The position numbers were made by a program, and so were the translations under genes. Shown here piece after piece: positions 1-12,080 of a stretch of 64,000 bases of DNA. Within the stretch, counting starts at the first letter, position 1. Each line of letters begins with the position of its first letter. The stretch is from NCBI RefSeq assembly GCF_006345805.1, contig NC_043005.1, positions 74,710,001 to 74,774,000 on the forward strand, written 5' to 3'. This DNA comes from Octopus sinensis (lineage: Eukaryota). Under the pieces are notes generated by a model, which ran no database searches, had not been told where the DNA came from, and saw only the letters and a program-made list of their open reading frames with translations.

Positions 1-1745
1 AGCTATGTAACCAAGGGAAAACGGTTTGGAGCCATGGAGGTTCAATTCCCAATGGAGGAAGCGGCAAGGAAGCATGCCATTTCGCCCTTGCAGACAGAAA
101 ATTTGTTGCTCATACCAACATACCTTGGTTAGCGAGTGACAAAAATTAAAATTGACCAGGTGCCACCCGAGCTAAGTATATCTTGGCTAGTGGAAGCTGT
201 CTTCTATGACATAGAATACACTGCCATTATTCTAAAAGTGCACAGGTTGCGAGAGAGGAACTGGTCAGGTATGGGGGTGCAGCTGATGTACAAATTCAGC
301 AAGAAAATATAAATGCCATACCTGACTCGGTAAATTTGCCGGACAGCACCAGAATACACGTTGCTGTAGAGGGGCGAAAACCAAAATGCTGCCTCTGCAG
401 CAGCGAAAAACACCTAAAAAAAGATTGCCCCATTTATAAGCAAAGAATGGAGGCAGAAAAAAAGAAGCAACAGCAACAACAGCATGTGACACCAAGGGTT
501 TCTGCACCACCACCACGAAGAGCGGCACCACCAAACTAACACCAAGAAAGAGCATGCAGAAAGAAACACCGGCATCGTCACCAACACCAACAATAATAAC
601 CGCCGTTTATAACAGAATTAACAGCATTTCACCAAACTGTTGAAACAGACCCGACAAACGTCCCCTTTCCAGACCAAATCAGCTCAGATTGTGCGAGCAC
701 TGATAGTGAGACAGTGCCACCAAAGAAAAAGAAAAGAAAAAACACAAAGAATCACATGACACACTGGGGAGGCGCAAACAAATAGAGCTTCCCAACATCA
801 ACAACAAGCACTCACAACAACAATCAACAACACTTTCTCCACTACTGCTACACACATCAACACATGCACAGACACCGTTACAGCAATAAACACAAAAAAT
901 GAACAACTTGTTACATACCTGGAAGAAAACAGACATGAAAATTACAGATTTTATTATACCAACACACAACACACCACCAGCATACATTCTCACAATAAAA
1001 ATTAATGAAAATAAATACATTATCAAAGAGAAATTCAGAAACGATGTTGGGTCGCTAGGGAGAAATTTCTCAAAAAAACTATACAAAACCTGGTGGAAAC
1101 ACCCGTGCAAAAGCACAAGGGAGCCACCCCACCAAACAACAACAACAATAGTAAGTAGAGCCTTTTTCTCCTTCTTAACCTTTTAAAACATGGCAAAACT
1201 CAGAATCAGTAGCATAAATGTGAGAGGCCTCGGGTAGCGAAAGAGGTGATATGGTGGACCCGTTTGAAAGGGCTTAAGTCAGACACTTTCCTCGTTGGCC
1301 AAGGACTCATCAACTTTTTCAAGTTCCACTTGTAAAAGAAGATGAGAGTAGAGAGGGAAGTGCTGTCTCGTAGCAAATTTATTGAAAAGTGGGTGAATGT
1401 CGGTAAAATGGCCAGTATGAACGGACCAATTCTGAGGTTACACCTGTGAAAAAAAAGGTAAATATAAAAGGAGAAAGGGGCTCTCTACCCACTTTTTGAC
1501 AAGGCTCCCGTGGTTTTTATGGGTTTTTCCATGAATAACCTTTCAAAGCACCTCCCCCTATTGGGAGTTTTACTTTGTTATATATATTTTCGTTGTTATC
1601 TTGATTTTTACACGGACCTTTCTGTTGGATAAAACCCTTTGTAATTTTCATCCTGTATTAGTCCTTACATGTTTTCTTTGATTTTTGTTAGCACTTCTGG
1701 CCAATAAACAAGAATTAATTATTATTATTATTGTTATTGTTGTTT
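1..1745 (+). mobile_element. Tx1/L1-like non-LTR element, unit A (5' end outside window): decayed ORF1 with CCHC knuckle, ORF2 internally deleted, 3' UTR with AATAAA and (ATT)n tail
   Basis: ORF 336-539 has CCLCSSEKHLKKDC (CX2CX4HX4C) and is paralogous to 2530-3600. ATG 1190 reads MAKLRISSINVRGLG (APE endonuclease N-terminus) and is joined to a C-terminal ...MRVEREVLSRSKFIEKW... ending at TGA 1449. AATAAA at 1703, ATT tail ~1713-1745. Confidence 0.8.
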
Positions 1746-3824
1746 TCAAAGCTGACAGACATGTCTCCAGAAGCTCCGTAAGTTGTTGGCCAATTTCATT
1801 GGAAAATTTGTTTCAAGTGTAAATATCTTTGTATATTTGTGTTGCCAAGCCAACTAGGTTATTGTGGAGCTAGTCGGTTAGGCAGAATTTTGCCCTTTTA
1901 GGGGCGAAATTTTCATTTGAATACTTCAAATTTTCAATTTAATATTTGTAAATTTTGTAAAAATGTCTTTGAAGAGAGCAGTAAGCTGTTCCCTTCTTTG
2001 TGCACCACACCCGCTGCAGACGGACAACTTGACAAGTCAAACATCAAATGTTGATTCAAACTGCCCATTTCGCACCTTAAAAGGCAAAGAAAAGAATATA
2101 GAAGAGCATTCCACCATGTGCAGCGCTACTCAAGTAAATGAAGGTTGTTCCTTCAACCACCTTTCTGACCTGCATTTCCCAGCTCTCACCACCACTATTG
2201 CTCCCACACTGGAGAAGGAAGTAGAGAAGAACATAGACAAGATGAACAAAGAATCCAACACCAATGACACCACCAAGACCAACAACAATCCATTGTAACA
2301 ATTTTGCCTCCACAGCAAAGCAAAGCTCGGAAGAAATCAATGTTACAATGGACAACATTAAAACAGCAAAAGAGTTGTTAAGGAAAGAAGGTAACAATGT
2401 CTTCCTTAACACTCCACAGTCACTAATACAAGAAACAAACAAACGAACATTAATATATAAAATTTTAAACACCAAATACAAAAAATTGGAAAGTGCAGTT
2501 GGAGATAGCACTCAAGCCCATATGGGGCAAAAAATCCTTTGTAACAAAAGGGAAGCGGTTTGGAACTGTAGAAGTTTGGTTCCCAACGGAAGAAAAAGCA
2601 AGGAAACATTCAACATCGACCTTGCAAACTGAAAATTTGCTACTCGTGCCGACATATCTTGGTCTGCGTGTAACCAAAATCAGAATAGACCAAGTGCTGC
2701 CTGAGCTTATATACTGGCTAGTGGCAGCTGTCCTCTACAACATAGAAGACACTGCCACTATTTTGGAAGTGCATAAGTTGCACCGCCAGAACTGGTCAGG
2801 TATGGGAATGCAGCTTCTTGCACAAATTGACCAAGAAACAATAAATTCCATACCCAACTCTATAAATTTGCCGGACGGCACAAGGCTGCATGTTGCTGTA
2901 GAGAGGCGAAAGCCAAAATGCTACCTCTGCAGCAGCAACAAACATTTGAAAGTCGACTGCCCCATTTACAAAGAAAGAATGAAGGCAGAGAAAAAGAAGT
3001 TACAGCAGCAACAACAATAACAGGTGATGCAGCAGAAGTAAACACCAAAGGCTTCTGCACCACCAACACCATCACCACCACCACGAAAAGCAACACCACC
3101 TCCATCCATTACCAGGCCAACACCAACACCAAAGGCAATCACACCAAAAGGGACAATAATACCATCACCAACACCAACAATAGCAGCACCAGTTTCAACA
3201 GAAATTACACCATTTTGAAAGACTTGAAACGGACCCCAAAGACACCTCCTTTCCCGACCAAATCAGCTCGGATAGTGCGAGTACTGGTAGTGAGAAAAGG
3301 GAGAAACACCTGAAAACTGGGGAGGCATGAGAAAATAGAGCTTTGCAACATCAACAACAACAACATGCACTCACAACAATTAACAACACCTTCTCCACCA
3401 CTACCGCCGCACACACCAACACACAGAGACACCACCACCAATACAAACATTACAGCAATTAACACAAAAAATGAACAACTAGTGACATTTGAAAAACAAT
3501 ACAGACACAAACATTTCAAATTTCGTCATACCCACACAAAGCACACCACCAGCACACATACTCTCACTGAAAATTTCACGAGACAACGATATCAAAATAA
3601 AAGACAAATTTCTGGACGATGTTTGATCCATGGTTGCAACTCTGTAACCTTTCAAAGTGCCTCCCCCTATTGGGAATTCTTTGTAATTGTTATATTTTTC
3701 GTTGTTATTTGAATGTTTACAGGGACCTTTCTTTTTCGCAAAACCCTTTGTACTTTTTGTCCTTACATGTTTTTGATGTATATTAGCCCTTGTGGCGAAT
3801 AAAACCAGAATTATTATTATCATT
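1746..3824 (+). mobile_element. Tx1/L1-like element, unit B: 5' UTR, frameshifted ORF1 (~1963-3600) with zinc knuckle, no ORF2, 3' UTR and (ATT)n tail
   Basis: ORF pieces 1963-2298, 2264-2632 and 2493-3020 lie in successive frames, with CYLCSSNKHLKVDC. The 3' UTR (3640-3810) aligns with 1535-1715. AATAAA at 3798, tail 3809-3824. Confidence 0.8.
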
Positions 3825-4115
3825 TTAAAGTGGAAGGACATGTCTTCATGAGCTGTGAGTTTTTGTTTCATTTTCACAGATAATATTGTTATACCTGTTA
3901 ATTTTTTTGATATTTCAGTGGCAAAGCCGTCTGGGCTCTTGCTGAGCCTAGTGGTTAGGCAAGACTTTGTTCCTTTATGGGCAAATTTTTCATTTAAAAA
4001 TTTTCAATTTCTCTTTTTGATTTAAATTTTGTGCAAAAATGTCTTTGCAGAAGAGTATAAGCTCTTCTGTGCTTTGTGTATCACACCTTCTGCTGTTGAA
4101 TAACAACAAAAAAGT
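3825..4115 (+). mobile_element. Tx1/L1-like element, unit C: 5' UTR and start of ORF1, truncated
   Basis: Aligns with 1746-2020 (…GTGGTTAGGCAAGACTTTG…AAAATGTCTTTGCAGAAGAG vs …GTCGGTTAGGCAGAATTTTG…AAAATGTCTTTGAAGAGAG). Confidence 0.7.
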
Positions 4116-4119
4116 TTCC

Positions 4120-4295
4120 TCGCTTTGACCGGCAGATTTTTAAAATAATTTCTTTGTCACTAAACACGTTTAAACTTCGTATACTGGTAAAATGTGTTAC
4201 ATAAAATATCTTTTTCTGGTGGCTTTCTTCGGAAAATGCTGTAGTTTATAAGCTATTTGTTGTTTAATTTCTTGCATTTTGGCAATTTCAACCAA
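4120..4295 (-). mobile_element. Partial copy of the Merlin-like MITE seen complete at 22617-23032
   Basis: Similar to the reverse complement of ~22850-23030, including a decayed TIR and TTTCAACCAATCAATGA. Confidence 0.6.
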
Positions 4296-4299
4296 TCAA

Positions 4300-5477
4300 T
4301 GATGGAGAGGTAAAAGCCCAACAAACTTGCTCTGACATTTCCAACAGTCTGATGGGTATCAACTGGATTTCCTGGATGTGCCAATGTGAATATGGATGAA
4401 TCACACTGGGTCATCCAGGTCATATATAGATAGGGTATTCTGTAGGCCAGTAGACCAAGAAACTATAAGTTGCCCACTTTTCAAACTGGTCGGCTACTCA
4501 GTCCACAAATCTGTGATCTGTACGGTTGACCTACATAGGTTTAGAAGGCAGGGACCCTGTTACTAGAAGCTAAACATGTCACTCTGAATGTGCCAAGCTT
4601 ACTGAGACCAGATTAGAGAATTAGTTAAGAGGGTGTTGACAGGGCCAATCGCTAACAACAAATGGTGGTTTACCCTGAAAAGGGCAATTAGAGTAGAATC
4701 AGATTTAGTAAGGCATTAGCGATAGAAAGGAATAAAATAGAAGGGAATTTAGTTAAAGACTTAGCAGAAGAGGTGCTTAAGAAATGCATTGCAACCAACA
4801 TGCTGGCTGTGAGATTGGTCCTGGATCAATTCTTCAAAAAGGTTGCATTGTCAGAGCTAAAGTGTATGCTCTAACACAATAGGGAGTGTAAGCCACTTAT
4901 TAGGGCCCAGGTGACAGGTGCATCATGGCAACAAAACCACAATTTGGTCTTTGGTGGACCAAAATGGGTGCATGATACTTGAGCCCAAGCAGGTGTGTGC
5001 GGCATTTCAGCAGCACTTCACCCAAAAGTCTGGGACGTAGGATGGACTTCAGTGTCTACCTCAACAGCATACCACATCTCTTGGAAAGTGCTCTTGGAGT
5101 GTTGTAAAAAGCCAATAACAGCTTAGTAAATACAAGACACAATGATGAGTTGCATAGGGGGCTAATTGCCTTGCTTGGATGGTCTGCCTTATGAGCTTTA
5201 CTGCTGTATGCCAGACTTGTTTGGCAAATGTCTACCACAATTGGTAGCAGAATGGGAGAATTTCCAATTCTGTAAGTTGAGGAGTGGTGGCACTTCTAAC
5301 AAAGGGGATCAAATAGAAAATTTTAGGCTCATAATGCTGCTGAACATAGACTTCAAAATTTTGGCCAAGGCATTAACAAAGAGGTTGGTGCTTGTTGTCA
5401 AGGAACTGATTGGTGGTATGCAAACATGCACAATCCCAAGCAGATTAGGCATAGTAATATTTATAGCCTGGTGTTAG
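4300..5477 (+). pseudogene. Decayed L1/Tx1-clade ORF2 (endonuclease C-terminus and start of RT)
   Basis: Translates to SYIDRVFC…GYSVHKSV…GPCY*KLNMSL (SRIDR…SDH…GxWKLN motifs) and ENFRLIMLLNIDFKILAKALTKRL…QTCTIPSR (RT region). Many stops. Confidence 0.8.
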
Positions 5478-6489
5478 AATTCAATATACTTATTTAATGA
5501 TACTCGCCATAAGGATTTCATTAAAAACTGCAATGTAAATTAGCTAAAAGTAACAATTCAAATAACAATGTGTAACAATTTTTTTTTTGTCTTTGCTGTC
5601 AGTAAGTGTTATTTCCAATTTGCTTCTATCTAGAAATCAAAGGAAATGACTACTATTCCCTTCAAACTTTGCTTTTCTGACCCGGACATCAATGTTTTGA
5701 AACTGATCTATTTTCCATTACATTTCAGACAGATTCAGTGCTGAGTTGCTGGAGCAGAAATATCGTTATAACAAATATTTTCCTCAGTACCACAGATTTG
5801 CTGGTCAGTTGCTTGACCATAACCACACCTAGTGGCTGACACAATATGTGCATCTCTGATCATGAACAGGAATGGTGGGGGAGCATCATAGCCATGTGTT
5901 AACAGGGATTCTTTGAGGTTTGAATAAATGTAACAAAGTTTGAAGGAAATATTAGTCATTTTTCATACTTTCTAGGGGTAAGCAAATAGGAAATAACAGT
6001 TACTAGCCAAGGACAAAAATCCTAGCAGGTTGTTTAGTTTCATTTTTGATGTTTTTAAAAGAAAATATGACTCTTGTTCAAAGATCGCATGTAACTACTT
6101 AAATCAGCCAAAAATAACTGTTACAGTTCTGGAGAATCCAAAATCTTTAAATAGTCAAATCCTATATGCATCCCTTTTCAATATATAATACATAGTCTCT
6201 ATCAAGACACGATCCGTGAACCAGTAAGAAAACGATTGAATAACCTATGAGCTGGTTTAGTTTCATTTACATTCTCTTGCTGAAATTTGTGATTGTATTG
6301 CCTGGTTCTTGAAGCATAATATTTTGAACATTTTTTGAAAATGTTGTAAACCTAGAAGCATTATGCAATGTCTCAAACATTAAAGGTTAATATGACAAAG
6401 ACCAACATTTTATTTAACAACAGACAGGAAAAAATTTCATAGTCTTTTTCAAAGTAGTCCTACTCAAAATGTATGAACAAAGATGGTAT

Positions 6490-6507
6490 ACATACATACA
6501 TACATAA

Positions 6508-6539
<32 letters not shown>

Positions 6540-6895
6540 ACACACATACACACATACATAGATACTGGGATTCTTTCAGTTTCCATCTATCAAATCTGCT
6601 CACAAGACTTTGGTCCGAGGGGTATAGTAGAAGACACTTAGTGAAAGTGCTATGCTGTGAGATTGAACCCAAGACTACATGGTCGGGAAGCAAGATTCTT
6701 AACCACACAACATATCAATATACATGTGTATATTTGTATATTCCTATCTCTCTCTCTCTGTCTCTCTCTCTCTATATATATATATATATACATACATACA
6801 TACATACATACATACATACATACATCATACATACATACATACATACATACATACATACATACATACATACATTTGTAAATATAAATATATGTATG
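6490..6895. repeat. (CA)n, (CT)n, (TA)n and (TACA)n microsatellites around a minus-strand tRNA-SINE fragment (~6560-6710)
   Basis: Direct reading of the sequence. Confidence 0.9.
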
Positions 6896-7804
6896 TAGTA
6901 TATTTCTGGTTATGGCTTATAACTGGTCAGAAGGCTACTGTTGAATTCGTTTGGCAATAGATGACCCATCAGACATACTGGCTGGAAGCCCATAGCATCT
7001 TTAATTCATACACACACACATTATCCACACTATCGTTCCCTTTTTTTAAGGAAACTATATGAGCTAAAGGAGGTATAGCTGCTATTTCTAGTATATCAAT
7101 GAACCATGTTGCCTCATTTAACAGCTTAGCTATGCTAAGTGTAGGGAATACATGCACACAACCAAAAGCTGTATGAAGATATATGACTTGCTGACAGAAC
7201 CAAGGGTAGCAAACAATAGAGGTTCCCTTGAAGTGAAGTCGATGCCATTGGCAGGTGGTGTTTTACAATAGTTGATAGTTTCTATTACCTAGGTGACCTA
7301 ATTACTGCTACAGACTGATTGAAGCAAAAGTTAAGGAGCTCAAGGTAAGGCAGGGGCATGTAGAAATTCTGACAGTTATTGCTTATGTTCGTAACAATGG
7401 TAGGACAGTCTGAATAAGAAGCAGTAAGTTATTGTGTGGCTGAGGCTTTGATCTGTTGCATGTTAATCTACACAAAGTTGTAGGGTGAATTTCAAAGAAA
7501 GGTAGCACAAAATGTTTAAAAAGTACTAGATTTGCGTTAAAAAGTTGCCCAAATTATACATTTTACTTGAAATCTAATACACGCATGCATACACTCACTC
7601 ACTCACTCACACATGTATATACATAGAAAATAGATACATACATAGATGGACAGAGAGTCAGACAAGAACATACACACACATATATATATGTAGTTCAAAT
7701 TTATAAAAAAACAAAAGACGAAGACAGATGTAGGAACAAAAGCAGGTGTGTTAATTCAACATGCAGGGAAAAATATATATATATATGCATACGTACATAT
7801 AAAT

Positions 7805-8000
7805 CATCATCATCATCTTTGTTATTTAATATCCATTTTCACTGCTAGCATGGGTTGGACAGTTTGACAGGAGTTTGCCTGTCGGGGAGCTGGCATGAGT
7901 GCATTTACGTGCCACCGGCACAAGTGTGGTTACACAGTTCCAGTATGAGTGCAACTTACATGGAACTGGCACAAGTACGTTTTATGCAATGCCGGCACCT
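7805..8000 (-). mobile_element. RTE-type 3' end or RTE-tailed SINE with (GAT)n tail. Other copies at ~10005-10200 (+), 20770-20995 (+), 36480-37020 (-), 40430-40820 (-), 44510-44700 (-), 45650-46030 (+), 48780-48960 (-)
   Basis: Shared GCACGTAAAAAGCACC…CCAACCCATGCTAGCATGG…(GAT)n sequence. Confidence 0.7.
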
Positions 8001-8009
8001 GCAAAAGGC

Positions 8010-8044
<35 letters not shown>

Positions 8045-8047
<3 letters not shown>

Positions 8048-8430
8048 TTTTACTTGTTTCAGTCATTTGACTGTGGCCATGCTGGAGCACTGCCTGTAGT
8101 TGAGCAAATCAACCCCAGGACTTATTCTTTGTAAGCCTAGTACTTATTCTCTCATTCTCTTGTGCCGAACTGCTAAGTTATGGTTGTCAAGCGATGTTGG
8201 TGGACAGACACAGACACACAAATATATACACACACACATGCATATATATATACATATACGTATATATGACAGGCTTCTTTCAGTTTCCGTCTACCAAATC
8301 TACTCACAAGGCTTTGGTCGACCCGAGGCTATAGTAGAAGACCCTTGCCCAAGGTGCCACACAGTAGGACTGAACGCGGAACCATGTGGTTCATAAGCAA
8401 GCTACTTACCACACAGCCACTCCTACGTCT
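8045..8430 (-). mobile_element. tRNA-derived SINE family 1 (head AGGCGTAGGAGTGGCTGTGTGGTAAGTAGCTTGC). More than 20 copies, e.g. 13110-13385, 25210-25585, 28355-28655, 30025-30375, 35515-35920, 39515-39730, 42290-42700, 48530-48770, 50105-50350, 52330-52670, 56563-57000, 61330-61940
   Basis: A/B-box-like head, conserved GGCACCTTGGGCAAGTGTCTTCTACTATAGCC body, internal microsatellite, conserved tail CAGTCAAATGACTGAAACAAGTAAAAGA. Confidence 0.85.
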
Positions 8431-8454
8431 ATCTAATATATATATATCTTTTAA

Positions 8455-8674
8455 CCCTTTCGTTACTGTATTTCTTATGAGATGCTCTGTGTTTCTTTTA
8501 ATTACTCTAAATATAACAAAATATTTAGTAAAATAACTTAGTTATCATTGAGCTAGTGTTAGGAACATAAATTGTGACTAAGGTTTGGTGGAAGATTTTA
8601 ATTCAAACCTTATGAAAACAAGACATTTATACTGAGAGCCAGAGCCGGTTTCAGCCGGGTTGGTAATGAAAGGG
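8455..8674 (+). mobile_element. piggyBac-type MITE; copies at 37322-37543 (-) and 61431-61640 (+, inserted into a SINE)
   Basis: TTAA|CCCTTTC…GAAAGGG|TTAA termini with TTAA duplication; near-identical 220-bp body in three places. Confidence 0.85.
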
Positions 8675-8816
8675 TTAAATTAATTTATGGTAACATTAAG
8701 AGAATGCAAATAAAGCTCCTATTTCATTATGCTGGCTACTTTCTAATGATGCTGACTAGTGAATCAGTTTTCAGGGTTGCATCATGGTTATACTGATATA
8801 ATGTAGGATAAATAAG

Positions 8817-9149
8817 ATAATAACAATAATTCTAAGATGGAATTTATAAATGTTTATTACACCACTACAAGCATTTCCACAAATCACATGACTAATATCA
8901 GAGTCTTTATCCTTGGAGTGAGTACAGTATAGTCCATAAAACATCCCTCTGTGATTCATCCACTTATGCAGTATCGCCTGATGAAATGAATCAATGATGA
9001 TAATCAACTGGATGACAACAGATAACACGGACTTTACTGTACTCACTCCAAGGATAAAGACTCTGATGTTAAAGTCATGTGATTTGTGGAAATGCTTGTA
9101 GTGATGTAATAAACATTTATAAATTCCATCCTAGAATTGTTGTTATTAT
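8817..9149. repeat. Foldback element: ~120-bp inverted arms (8817-8935 and 9029-9149), 93-bp spacer
   Basis: The arms are near-perfect reverse complements. Confidence 0.85.
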
Positions 9150-9359
9150 ATATATATGTGTGTGTGTGTATCTCAATACACACATATTGTAAGCTTCCAC
9201 ACTGGTCTTCATCTACCAAATTCATTCACAAAGAGTTGTTTGGCCTCAGGCTATAGCAGAAGACACTTGCTCAAAGTGCCACATGGTTGAAAAGTGAGCT
9301 TCTTAACCACACAAATATGCCTGCACCCTATGTATAAGTTTACATATGTGTATATAATA

Positions 9360-9730
9360 TTATCACAATAATATAATAATAATAAAATTATTGTATAAAG
9401 TGCTCTGGTGCACCACAACTTGTCAAAAGTGCGTATAAAGCATATGCAGTAATGTACAAATGTCTGGAAAGTGAACAGTGTATGAGTCAGATACATGCTT
9501 GCGTGTGTATGGAGAGGAGAAAATCAGGTGTAGTGTTGGTGAATTTCAGGAAGCATGGAAGTTTTGAAGGATGCAGTGCTCTGACAACTAACAACTGATG
9601 CTGGCAGTTTGTTCCATGCTTCAGCAACTCTTAGCGTGAAAAAATGTTTCCGAAAGTCATGGGAGCTGTGCTGTTTCCTGACTTTGTAAACATGTCCACG
9701 GGTGTTAGACGGGTGGAGTTTGAGAAACAT
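9360..9730 (-). mobile_element. CR1/L2-type LINE 3' end with (ATT)n tail; second copy at ~26055-26510 (+)
   Basis: NTRGHVYKVRKQHSSHDFRKHFFTLRVAEAWNKLP matches the TRGH…FF.xRV..xWN.LP C-terminal motif. Confidence 0.85.
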
Positions 9731-10259
9731 GAGAAGCAAAAATGAAATCGAAAGCCTGAGCTTGAAGTAGCCATTTTCACATATGTCGCCAAAGAAGATA
9801 AGGATAAGCTTTTCCTTCAAACAATCATTTCCAATTTCAAAAATTATTCAGACAGTGGATATTCAAGAGAAGACCAGGCTCGATTTACCAGCTGAGGATC
9901 AGAAACGAGCAACACAGTTATTATGTATTAAAGAATACCTTACATTTGTATTGAGTCCTGTAATTTATCATTTCTGGTGATTTAACAGAGATTAAAATAT
10001 ATGCAGGTGGCACGTAAAAAGCACCCACTACACTCACGGAGTGGTTGGCGTTAGGAAGGGCATCCAGCTGTAGAAATATTGCCAGATTAGACTGGAGCCT
10101 GGTGCAGCCTTCTGGCTTCCCAGAACCCCGGTCGAACCGTCCAACCCATGCTAGCATGGAGAACGGACGTTAAACGATGATGATGATGATGATGATGATG
10201 TTAATGTGTGTGTGTGTGTGTGTGTATATCTATATATATGTGTGTGTGTATATAAAGGG

Positions 10260-10550
10260 TAAAGGCCCCTTTGTTGAATGATCATGGGATGTACCTAGAA
10301 AGTTCCCCTCCAAGACACAAGTCTGGGCAAGGTTGTTTATGAAAGACCAGCAGTTGCCCATGCATACCAGCCTCCCTTCTCCATACTACTGATGTTGTCC
10401 AAGGGAAAGACAAAGGCCGATACACAATTAATTTCTACAGCTGAGTGAACTGGAGCAACGTGATATAAAGTGTCTTGCTCAAGAACACAACATACATCTT
10501 GGTCTGGGAATTGATTGTGAGCTCAATGCTCTAACCATTGAGCCTTGTGC
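10260..10550 (-). mobile_element. tRNA-derived SINE family 3 (related copies ~19410-19645, 27775-28085, 41448-41765, 54300-54480, 57590-57785)
   Basis: Shared CTCAAGAACACAAC…ACCACT…GCC…CCTTC head region read in reverse. Confidence 0.65.
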
Positions 10551-10571
10551 CTTCATATATGTATATACATG

Positions 10572-11163
10572 GTCTCATCCTAGCTCACTTCCACTGTTTA
10601 CAGCAGTGCTTGAAAGGAAGGTGTGTAGTATGTGATCGTCGCATTGACCATGATGGAGAAAGTTGAGCAGAGAATCTGCATCAAATTTTGCCAAAAGCTT
10701 GGCAATACTGCTCAGAGGCTTATGCAAAGTTTTCAAAGAGTTTTCATCATTCTGGTCACAATCAAGGAGATCCTGTGCTATTAAAATCCCTCTTTGGTCA
10801 GCTGAAAGCAGTTTTGGCAGACACACATCTCATACCCAAATCTTCAGTGATAATGGACTAAACTGAACCATATCTAATCTGCACATTCTCTGATAACTCA
10901 CAGATGGTGATTTGACGATTTCCCCTCACAGATGGTGATTCAGCAATTTTCCTTCACAGCTGCACACACATTTGCACAGTTTTTCTCAGTTCTGCTGGTT
11001 GTAGGTCTCCCAGAACATTTGTCAATATTGACATTTTTTCGACCATCTTGGAAACATCTGAACCACTCATACACTTGTTTGTGGCTCATACACTCCTCTC
11101 CGTACACTTTCTGCAACTTTGCACAGGCCTCTGAGCAGATATCACCATGGCAACTTTGTCATG
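10572..11163 (-). mobile_element. Truncated copy of the two-left-ends mariner derivative (see 18499-19362)
   Basis: Same transposase N-terminal fragments, same inversion junction and same short deletion as the 18.5-kb copy. Confidence 0.8.
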
Positions 11164-11874
11164 GTACCAGTTATGCACTGGGGTCAATACATTCAACTGC
11201 GTGGCACCTTCTGCAAGTGCCTTCTACTATAGCCTTGGGCTGACCAAAGTTTTGTGAGTGGATTTGGTAGATAGAAACTGAAAGAAGACTGTCGTATATA
11301 TTTGTGTTTGCCCCACTTCCCCACCGTCATGTTGACAACTGATGTTGGTGTGTTTATGTCCCCGTAACTTAGCAGTTCAGCAAAAGAGACTGATAGAATA
11401 AATACTAGGCTTATAAAGAATGACAAACAAGGAAAAGAATTTATTTATATATTTATCTCTCTCTATATACATATATATATATAAAATATAACATGGACGA
11501 ATGCAAAACATCCAGACAGACAATACAAAGAAACCAAGGACGGGTCATTTGAAGTTTTCTTTCCTCAGTCAAGTACCAGATTACCTTTGCGATTTTGGCT
11601 GATTATAATTGAGATTGCTCCAATCTGGCCAGCCCCAGTTAGGTGATACAAAAATGAGACAATATAACACCCACACATGTATGTATGTATTTGGTATATT
11701 CACAAAGAAACATTTAACATTAGCAGTTTTTGCAGCTTTCATCAAATAAATTTATATTACAAATTACAAATTCTAAACCAAATTTGATAGAATTTTTTCA
11801 AAAAAATTTTTTAAATGTAAAATTCACTAAAAAAATCTCTAATTTCTTATATTATTAAGTAATATTTTTAAGAC

Positions 11875-12080
11875 AGTGAGCTGGCTGAATTGTTAGCATG
11901 TCAGACAAAATGCTTCGTAACACTTTTGACTTATGTTCTGAGTTCAAACTAAACTGAAGTTTGCTTTGCCTTTCTTTCTTTTGGGGTCAATAAAATAAGT
12001 AGCAGGTGAGTACTGGGGTTGATGTGATTGACTATCCCCTTCCCCAAAATTTCAGGTCTTGTGACTATAGTAGAAAGAAT
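11875..12080 (+). mobile_element. tRNA-derived SINE family 2 (head AGGCGGCGAGCTGGCAGAATCGTTAGC). Copies e.g. 20462-20640, 21130-21619, 32360-32545, 34490-34780, 35110-35305, 37035-37220, 46060-46275, 46640-46820, 47415-47600, 49450-50035 (nested triple), 53290-54170 (nested cluster), 62375-62690
   Basis: Conserved GTTCTGAGTTCAAATTCC (B box) …GACTTTGCCTTTCATCCTTTCGGGGTCGATAAAATAAGTACCAG. Confidence 0.85.

Noticed and set aside
6460-6960. ORFs of 70-140 aa (also 15713-16308, 23634-24026, 42178-42573, 52033-52503, 54766-55208)
   Set aside because: They are translations of (CA)n, (TACA)n, (CT)n and (ATT)n microsatellites, not genes.
9892-9906. CTGAGGA…GAAAC hammerhead-like core
   Set aside because: Only 3 nt between the core halves, so no stem II; no stem I.
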